Shown: piece by piece, positions 25,972-32,000 of the stretch
How the letters are laid out: each line of letters opens with the position of its first letter
Position numbering within the stretch: position 1 is the first letter of the stretch
From: Candidatus Saccharimonadota bacterium
Lineage (GTDB): Bacteria > Patescibacteriota > Patescibacteriia > 2-12-FULL-60-25
Length of the DNA: 32,000 nucleotides
Assembly: GCA_023898425.1 (NCBI GenBank)
Contig: CP060222.1
Span: 780,001-812,000 of the forward strand
Direction: 5' to 3'
Notes under the pieces: generated by a model
What the model was told of the DNA's origin: nothing
The model's database searches: none
The model's input: only the letters and a program-made list of their open reading frames with translations
Position numbers and translations under genes: made by a program

Positions 25972-26532
25972 ATGCGAATCCACTATCGTCGCCGCGGCGG
26001 CCAACAAAAGAAAGAAGAACTCGTTAAATACAATATTAATGAGCAGATCAGCGTACCTGAAGTACGTGTTATTGATGATAACGAAGAGTTCTTAGGCGTC
26101 ATGGCAACCGAAAAAGCGCTTGCCTTAGCCCAAGAACGCGAAATGGACTTGGTCGAAGTCTCCCCAAAAGAGAATCCTCCCGTTTGTAAAATCCTTAATT
26201 ACGGTCAATTTAAATACCACAAAGAAAAGGAGCTTCGTACCCAAAAAGCTCATGCCAAGAAAATTGATGTTAAGGGTATTCGTTTATCGGTAAAAATGGG
26301 TCAAAATGACTTTGATACACGTGTAAACCAAGCAAAAACCTTCTTTAAAGAAGGCGACAAGGTTAAAGTAGAGATCAGATTACGTGGCCGCGAAAAAGAG
26401 CATGGTCACCTTGCCCAGGATCGAATACAGGTCTTTATTGATCAAATCGCCCTTGAGTATGGCGTTACCGTAGAACAACCTATTACTCGTAGCGGAGGCA
26501 ATGTTTCGGCTATTATCGCCAGAAAGACCTAA
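25972..26532 (+). CDS. infC: Translation initiation factor IF-3
   Basis: Matches include INEQISVPEVRVIDDNEEFLGV, MDLVEVSP, PVCKILNYGQFKY and the C-terminal domain KGIRLSVKMGQNDFD. The true start may be a non-ATG codon, as is common for infC. Confidence 0.85.
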   Translation: MRIHYRRRGGQQKKEELVKYNINEQISVPEVRVIDDNEEFLGVMATEKALALAQEREMDLVEVSPKENPPVCKILNYGQFKYHKEKELRTQKAHAKKIDVKGIRLSVKMGQNDFDTRVNQAKTFFKEGDKVKVEIRLRGREKEHGHLAQDRIQVFIDQIALEYGVTVEQPITRSGGNVSAIIARKT

Positions 26533-26592
26533 GCTCTTGCATTTTTTTTGAAAATAACCTAACCTTCGGCCTCATCACACCCATCCGAGTTT

Positions 26593-26787
26593 ATGAAGAT
26601 TAAAACTACAAAAGCCATCGCTAAGCGCATTATCAAAACCAAGAGCGGCAAGCTCTTGAAGCGTAAAGGCGGCCAAGGCCACTTCAATAGCCGCGAAAGC
26701 GGTACAGTAACCCGCAATAAGCGTCGCGATATTGCCGTTGCAGACCAATTTGTCCGCACCATGAAGACGCTCACCCCGCATAACTAA
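26593..26787 (+). CDS. rpmI: Ribosomal protein L35
   Basis: 64-aa basic ORF beginning MKIKTTKAIAKRIIKTKSGKLLKRK, in the conserved infC-rpmI-rplT order. Confidence 0.85.
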   Translation: MKIKTTKAIAKRIIKTKSGKLLKRKGGQGHFNSRESGTVTRNKRRDIAVADQFVRTMKTLTPHN

Positions 26788-26806
26788 CCTATCCTCTGAA
26801 TAACGT

Positions 26807-27145
26807 ATGCCAAGAGTCAAACGCGGTACCCAACATGTAAAACGTCGCAAAAATATCCTTGCCCGTACTAAAGGCATGATGTGGGGTCGCAAATCCAAAC
26901 TTAAACTCGCAAAAATCGCTGCTGTAAAGGCAGGTAAAAATGCGTATGTCGGTCGCAAGCTCAAGAAGCGTGAAAATCGCGGCTTACAGCAAATGCGCAT
27001 CGGCGCTGCTTCTCGTGAACTCGGCGTGAGCTACTCAAAGCTCATGGGTGATCTCAAAAAACGTGATATCTCATTGAACCGTGTGGTTCTTTCAGAAATC
27101 GCTGCAAAGCATCCAAACATTTTTGCAAAAATTGCAAAGGGTTAA
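26807..27145 (+). CDS. rplT: Ribosomal protein L20
   Basis: 112 aa. Matches include MPRVKRGTQHVKRRKNIL..TKG and the RKLKKRENRGLQQMRI pattern of L20. Confidence 0.9.
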   Translation: MPRVKRGTQHVKRRKNILARTKGMMWGRKSKLKLAKIAAVKAGKNAYVGRKLKKRENRGLQQMRIGAASRELGVSYSKLMGDLKKRDISLNRVVLSEIAAKHPNIFAKIAKG

Positions 27146-27152
27146 TCCCAAT

Positions 27153-27187
27153 AAAAAAAACACCTCGATCATCTCGAGGTGTTTTTT
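27153..27187. terminator. Bidirectional rho-independent terminator between convergent genes
   Basis: A8, stem cacctcga (27161-27168), 5-nt loop, stem tcgaggtg (27174-27181), T6. Confidence 0.8.
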
Positions 27188-27204
27188 ACTATGAAGCTTT
27201 TTAC

Positions 27205-29070
27205 TCACCGAAAAGGTTTGGAGCTTCTCCACAAAATCTTCAACCCCGGTTTTCGTAACAAGCTTTTTATTTTTAATGACTTAATGAATACAGGGATAAA
27301 ACGTTTTACCACTTTATCATAACGCGCTTCTGCCTCTTGATGCGTTCCACGTTTAATAAAAGCGATATCTTTTTTATAGGCAGGACCCAAATCAAACGTC
27401 TTAATGAGATATTCTAAGACCTCAGCTCTCGCCTCACGTGTAGGGACGCTGTAAAGCTCAGTGGTGATCCATTCTGTAGGAGTAGGCTTATGGTTCACTA
27501 TTGCTGACATGAGCTGATCAGCGATATTAGATGCTCGATCTTCGTCTGCTCCATTCCTCTTTTGATTATCACGATCTACCTTTGGATATTTTTTTGCAGA
27601 CTCAGGAATACTGGCTTTGGGTGACTTGGTTGATGGCGTGACATAACTACCATCGCTCTGATTTGAATCCATTTCTATAATTCTACGACGTAGACTTTCT
27701 GTTTTCGATACGCGCTGCTCTTGAGGCTGATGCATCTCGCTTATAGGCTCTTGTTTTTGAAAACTTTGTTCGAATTGAGCAGAAAGATCAGTAAGGGTTG
27801 GAGGCTCGTCAAGATACTCATCGATAGACTCCCAACTTACAGGGTTACTAGTAAAAGCTTCTGTATAATCATCGTTGTCTTTTTCTCTATCTAACATCTC
27901 GCCATTTGGCGTCATGGGGATTGCTGGTGATTTTTGTGCTTTAGGTTCGCTTGCAAGAAACGCTTGTTGTTGCTGTTCTTCTGCTACCAATTTATCCGCA
28001 AACGTATTAAGTCGATCCATCCGAAGCTCTTTTGCCAAAGGAGGGACTCCGCGAGGTTTTGAAAGAACTACTGGATTTTTCTTTGCACTTTTTGCTCGCT
28101 CTGAAACAAGTCCGTGCAATGTGCGAGCGCGATCAATGTCTTGCTTATCGCGTGTTGGAATACCGTGCTCTAATAATCTCGTCGCCCGCTGATAGACACG
28201 TTGCGCGATATCGCCACCCATATCAGATACGCCCGTAGCTTCTGCGCGATCTAGTTGATAGGCATGCAAAGCATAAGCCGTAGCAATATCTTCTGTGCCA
28301 AACAATCTCTGAAGTGCCGCTCGGTTAATAGGGTGAAAACGCTTATCTTCAAGAAAATTCTTTGCTTTCGCAAAACGTTGTGATGCCGTAGCCTTTTCTT
28401 CTGGGGACATCTGCTGAATGACTTTTTGCCACTTTAACCGATAGCTCTTTGCATCAAAAGGCTGCTCAGAACGTATCATGTTATTTCTTTGACCAATCGC
28501 AAGTGTTGAGCCCTTAAAAGAAGGGGCGCTCGTTGGAGATCCTCCCGACATTGATACTGATTTACGCTCAACCGCGAGTCTTCCAACGGGTTGTGCACGA
28601 ACACCCGTCTCTTCTTGAGGATATCTGTTAGAAGGGCTCTGCTGTATTCGAAGAGACTCGAGACTCTTTTCAATAGCAAGTAATTCTTTTGCCCATTGTT
28701 CTATTTCTTCACGTTTAGCTAGGCCCAATAAACCACGATAGCGCGAAAATTCTTTTTGGATATATGGGTTAGGTTCTTGGTCGGCATATACCAACGCGAG
28801 TTGAAGCTTATACTCATCTAACCCCGCTTTAAACAAACGTGAACGCAGACTTAAACGTTGACTCTCGAGAGCGTCGATATTTTGCTGACGCCTCTCTAAA
28901 CGTTCTGCGTCTTCAGCAGCCGTTTTCTTTAAGTCGAGCGAAGTAATGATGTCTCCCCCATCATCTACAAATATTGGTGACGCTGGTCTGATTCTCACAC
29001 CTGAAACCTCTTCCCATACGGGAGAATCTGCCTGATGACGTCTTCTTGAAGACGGTACTTCGCTTTTCAT
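27205..29070 (-). CDS. Large charged orphan protein (621 aa), no signal peptide or TM
   Basis: Intact ORF rich in K/E/R/Q/A, with helical or disordered character. It contains the short motif RGVPPLAKEL, shared with the divergent neighbour. Confidence 0.6.
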   Translation of the reverse strand: MKSEVPSSRRRHQADSPVWEEVSGVRIRPASPIFVDDGGDIITSLDLKKTAAEDAERLERRQQNIDALESQRLSLRSRLFKAGLDEYKLQLALVYADQEPNPYIQKEFSRYRGLLGLAKREEIEQWAKELLAIEKSLESLRIQQSPSNRYPQEETGVRAQPVGRLAVERKSVSMSGGSPTSAPSFKGSTLAIGQRNNMIRSEQPFDAKSYRLKWQKVIQQMSPEEKATASQRFAKAKNFLEDKRFHPINRAALQRLFGTEDIATAYALHAYQLDRAEATGVSDMGGDIAQRVYQRATRLLEHGIPTRDKQDIDRARTLHGLVSERAKSAKKNPVVLSKPRGVPPLAKELRMDRLNTFADKLVAEEQQQQAFLASEPKAQKSPAIPMTPNGEMLDREKDNDDYTEAFTSNPVSWESIDEYLDEPPTLTDLSAQFEQSFQKQEPISEMHQPQEQRVSKTESLRRRIIEMDSNQSDGSYVTPSTKSPKASIPESAKKYPKVDRDNQKRNGADEDRASNIADQLMSAIVNHKPTPTEWITTELYSVPTREARAEVLEYLIKTFDLGPAYKKDIAFIKRGTHQEAEARYDKVVKRFIPVFIKSLKIKSLLRKPGLKILWRSSKPFR

Positions 29071-29143
29071 AGTGTCAGTATATCATGACTTATCCACTAG
29101 TATAAAATATATAGTGAATTAATTTGCTATACTGCGATTATCT
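29071..29143. promoter_or_regulatory. 73-bp divergent promoter region with two extended -10 boxes (TGnTATACT) and essentially leaderless starts
   Basis: On the minus strand, TGATATACT (the -10 at 29077-29082) ends 6 nt before the ATG at 29070. On the plus strand, TGCTATACT (the -10 at 29128-29133) ends 10 nt before the ATG at 29144. Neither start has an SD. Confidence 0.5.
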
Positions 29144-30805
29144 ATGCCACGTAAACTCAAAAAATTGGAGACAGGCCCAATAGAAAACACACCTGTGATG
29201 GAGAATCCAGCAACAATGCCTGCTGCAAAAAAAGAACTCATGAGCAAAAGCCGTAAAAACGCTCTTGAGGCCGAAGCTGATAAGCTTGCAACAGAAGAAC
29301 GTACCGCTGCACGCGATGAACGCGCCGTTGAAAGCATTCGTAAACAAATGAATGAATCTAACGAGGATCGCACGAATCCAGGTGCGGTCTTTGAAGCACG
29401 TAGAGAAGCAGCTAAAAAAACCCAGGAGGAGCAGATCGCTCAATCAGGTCTCTCACAGTCACAGTTCTTAAAGATGCTAGAGAGCTATCCCTTAGAAGAA
29501 CAAACCGAGCGCTTTAGCGGTACAAAAAATTTCTTCCGTCGTCTCGCTGGCCAAGCTTGGGCCGGTAAAAACCCTGCCGAACTTAACGCTCTTATGAAGC
29601 GCTATACCGAAGCTGAATCGATCATGAACGAAGACAAAAATAAAGCTCTTCGACAAATGCAAGATGCGCCTAGCAGTCGGCCAACACGTAGTGGCAATAT
29701 GCCAACTCGTGGTGATAACGCTGAATTAGTTAATAACACTCCGATGGAGATGGATAAACCTGTCGCTGCAAACCTAGAGTCAAGAAATGAAGAGCTCGCT
29801 ATCTCTTTTGATGACGCGGTTAACCATCAGGCACAGCTTGAAGCAGCCTATAACGAGCTCTTAACGAAAGATAAGAAGAGTGCCAATATCCTTCTTCAGA
29901 CAGTTGCTCGTGCACGTTATGAAAAGTTTGGCTCAACGCTAGGCACTGAAGATGAGCAAAGTACAACAGCTTCAAAAACAAAACGTGGTGGGTCACAAAC
30001 AGGTGGCTTTATCCCTGGTACACAAATTTCTGGCAAAGTAGGCAGCGCTTCAGGTGCGCTTTATGATCAATTACAGAAACTTGATACGCAATTCATCAAT
30101 GAAGAGACGCCTAATGCTTATAAAGAAGCTGCCAAAGAGACAGTCGAAGAAGCTGAATGGACTAATGCCATTAATAAAGCAAAGGCAAAACTCGCAAAAA
30201 CTGAAGTCGCAAAACCTGTAGTGACGTCCACAAAAACTGAGACCATCGACTCACCAGTTGATCAACGCAATGAACAACAGGATCGTGAAGTTGCTTGGCT
30301 AGCAGCCTTCTCCAAAGAAGATGCTGCCAAGGCCTATAAGCTTATGGTGCCTGATGCATCAGCCGCTACACTTAAAGCTGTTACAGCTCGTGCAATGGCA
30401 GACACCTATCGAGCAATGGCTACCGAAGAACAAATGATAGAAGCAAAGACAAAAAGCCGCGTCACAAAAGCTGATAAAGAACGTCTCAAAGCGGTCAAAG
30501 CGCAGCTCGCCGCTGTCAAAGCATTTGCAGCCACTGTTACTGTTGAACTTACAGAAGAAGACCTACTTGATGTAGAAGATAGCGAAGAAACGAAGATGGC
30601 CCAGGTATCTGCACAAGGGCGTGAAGAAATGACCGCCTTTGAAGCTCGTAAGGCCGAGAACGACGCAAAACAAGCTCGCTTAAAGGAGCAAGATCGTCAA
30701 GAAGCCCAAAAAACCGCTAAAGCCGTTCGATCAAGAGCGGTACCGCCACTCGCAAAGTCTTTACAAGGCACAATAAAACCAAGATCAAATAAGAAGGCTG
30801 GCTAA
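29144..30805 (+). CDS. Large charged orphan protein (553 aa), no signal peptide or TM
   Basis: Intact A/K/E/Q-rich ORF. The C-terminal RAVPPLAKSL motif matches the neighbour at protein level but not at DNA level. Confidence 0.6.
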   Translation: MPRKLKKLETGPIENTPVMENPATMPAAKKELMSKSRKNALEAEADKLATEERTAARDERAVESIRKQMNESNEDRTNPGAVFEARREAAKKTQEEQIAQSGLSQSQFLKMLESYPLEEQTERFSGTKNFFRRLAGQAWAGKNPAELNALMKRYTEAESIMNEDKNKALRQMQDAPSSRPTRSGNMPTRGDNAELVNNTPMEMDKPVAANLESRNEELAISFDDAVNHQAQLEAAYNELLTKDKKSANILLQTVARARYEKFGSTLGTEDEQSTTASKTKRGGSQTGGFIPGTQISGKVGSASGALYDQLQKLDTQFINEETPNAYKEAAKETVEEAEWTNAINKAKAKLAKTEVAKPVVTSTKTETIDSPVDQRNEQQDREVAWLAAFSKEDAAKAYKLMVPDASAATLKAVTARAMADTYRAMATEEQMIEAKTKSRVTKADKERLKAVKAQLAAVKAFAATVTVELTEEDLLDVEDSEETKMAQVSAQGREEMTAFEARKAENDAKQARLKEQDRQEAQKTAKAVRSRAVPPLAKSLQGTIKPRSNKKAG

Positions 30806-30807
30806 TC

Positions 30808-30835
30808 AAAAAACTCCGTTTATACGGAGTTTTTT
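30808..30835. terminator. Rho-independent terminator
   Basis: A5, stem actccgt (30813-30819), loop ttat, stem acggagt (30824-30830), T5. Confidence 0.8.
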
Positions 30836-30849
30836 ATTTGATTAAAATA

Positions 30850-30878
30850 TTGACAAAATATTATATTTCTGTTAGGTT
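30850..30878 (+). promoter_or_regulatory. Candidate promoter for the 30898 gene
   Basis: TTGACA (30850-30855), 17 nt, TAGGTT (30873-30878). GAGGTG lies 4 nt before the ATG at 30898. Confidence 0.45.
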
Positions 30879-30897
30879 CATTTCTACGAGGTGCACC

Positions 30898-31689
30898 ATG
30901 AAAACAGAAGACGCAGCCATTACACCACATGATTTCGATGGTCATTTTAGCCCATTTAGCTATCCCATCACCGAAATCTTTTGGATGCTCACCGAACTCG
31001 GTGAGCATGGCCTCTCAACGCGTGCAGATCACGACCATCTCTTTGCAGCGCTAGAGGAGATCTATACACATGTACCTTCTGAGGTCTTTACCTCAGAAGA
31101 TGATTATATGGTGTTAGATCCATACTCAGATAAGCCTACGGGACTTGAGCTGAATAACTTTGGTTGGCAACTCGCCGACGAAGGCAATACCATTGATCAC
31201 GAAGAACATTTTCACGAAAATGAGCTCAATCTCTTTCGTTGTGGCATTGATAATAAAACGCGAGAGATTCTCGTAGCAATGGCTACCGATCCTTGCCGTA
31301 AGGATCACCTATTCGGACTTCATCCGAAGCAGCTACAAGCGACCCTAGACTCGTTCGAGAAAAAAGTGATTGCTGAACGCAAGAGCAGCCATGCTCGACG
31401 ATTTGTTTTGCACCGTTGCGCGAAGCTCTATCGCAATCTCCTTGCGCATATCGCTCATGCAACAGAGCCAGGGTTTCTGACGGTTACCTCGCGAATACAA
31501 CGCGATCCTTTTATGGTCCCAAGAGCGGATCATCAGGCCCAAAAGGCACGCTCGATTTATCGAAAGCACCTTGCCCTATATGAAAGCGAACTAAAGCGAT
31601 TGGAAGGCAAAGATCTTCAAACGAAGACTGAACCAACGCCATCCAAAAGTCGTCCTATGCTCCGCCTCATTCTTGGTGGAGCCATCTGA
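30898..31689 (+). CDS. Orphan cytoplasmic protein (263 aa), His/Asp/Glu-rich N-terminal half
   Basis: The ORF starts at MKTEDAAITPHDF, behind a good SD. The longer annotated ORF from 30838 overlaps the promoter and lacks an SD. Confidence 0.55.
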   Translation: MKTEDAAITPHDFDGHFSPFSYPITEIFWMLTELGEHGLSTRADHDHLFAALEEIYTHVPSEVFTSEDDYMVLDPYSDKPTGLELNNFGWQLADEGNTIDHEEHFHENELNLFRCGIDNKTREILVAMATDPCRKDHLFGLHPKQLQATLDSFEKKVIAERKSSHARRFVLHRCAKLYRNLLAHIAHATEPGFLTVTSRIQRDPFMVPRADHQAQKARSIYRKHLALYESELKRLEGKDLQTKTEPTPSKSRPMLRLILGGAI

Positions 31690-31703
31690 GAATGCTGGTT
31701 ACG

Positions 31704-31740
31704 AAAACCCTCCCATGCCTACTAGCAGGGAGGGTATTTT
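31704..31740 (+). terminator. Rho-independent terminator
   Basis: Stem ccctccc (31708-31714), 13-nt loop, stem gggaggg (31728-31734), followed by tatttt. Confidence 0.65.
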
Positions 31741-31742
31741 GA

Positions 31743-31771
31743 TTGACAATTTATTATAGATCTATTACTCT
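31743..31771 (+). promoter_or_regulatory. Candidate promoter for the 31799 gene
   Basis: TTGACA (31743-31748), 17 nt, TACTCT (31766-31771). GGAGG lies 5 nt before the ATG. Confidence 0.5.
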
Positions 31772-31798
31772 GCGCGAGCACATTTTATTGGAGGCAAC

Positions 31799-32000
31799 AT
31801 GAAGACACTCAAAGCTCGCTATCGTCATTGGGAACAACTCGTTTCTTCTATCGATCATCATCTGGGCCATGATATGTCACGCTCGAATATGCCTGGCCCT
31901 TGTAGCCAGGCTCTTCTCTACTTGGTTGATAGCCATGAACAAAGGCATATAAGCACGGATAACGTCGAAGTAGCCCTAGAGCCTCTTCGAGCTATTATGA
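31799..32000 (+). CDS. Orphan protein, 5' part only (runs off the window)
   Basis: The ATG at 31799 is preceded by GGAGG. The open frame MKTLKARYRHWEQLVSSIDHHLGHD... continues to the window end. Confidence 0.5.
   Translation, partial: MKTLKARYRHWEQLVSSIDHHLGHDMSRSNMPGPCSQALLYLVDSHEQRHISTDNVEVALEPLRAIM

Noticed and set aside
26559-27000. Minus-strand ORFs antisense to rpmI/rplT
   Set aside because: They overlap well-supported ribosomal protein genes, and their Arg/Leu-rich translations are typical of antisense Lys-rich genes.

Overview
This is a 32-kb chromosomal segment, mostly minus-strand genes, from a bacterium of roughly 45-50 % GC (estimated by eye). The gene content (glyQS, frr, holB, smpB-ssrA, infC-rpmI-rplT), many orphan proteins, SD-poor or leaderless starts and dense GC-rich intergenic hairpin repeats recall CPR/Patescibacteria. 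The taxon cannot be proven from sequence alone. Layout: (i) 39-6010 holds a type I restriction-modification operon (hsdR-hsdM-hsdS) broken by at least ten frameshifts, followed by an intact GIY-YIG/DUF4357-like gene. (ii) tRNA-Thr and tRNA-Tyr follow. (iii) 6.4-14.1 kb is a housekeeping block (TPR protein, tpiA, M16 peptidase, glyQS, frr, BNR-repeat lipoprotein, holB), all intact except the TPR gene. (iv) 14.1-20.7 kb is a compositionally foreign high-GC island. It encodes secreted proteins of unknown function (one intact, the others frameshifted), and each transcription unit sits behind an AT-rich spacer with a TTGACA box. (v) 21.4-25.0 kb holds envelope genes (Wzz-like, HtrA-like PDZ protein lacking catalytic residues, membrane protein, AI-2E permease). 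(vi) smpB, tmRNA and infC-rpmI-rplT follow. (vii) 27.2-32.0 kb holds four orphan genes, including a divergently transcribed pair of large K/E/A/Q-rich proteins. Four collinear copies of a 200-320 bp composite repeat with variable 31-bp subrepeats lie in intergenic gaps of minus-strand transcription units. I saw no CRISPR array, cas gene, transposase, integrase or reverse transcriptase. The best candidates for something undescribed are the high-GC secreted-protein island and the composite repeat family. All functional readings of these are inference.
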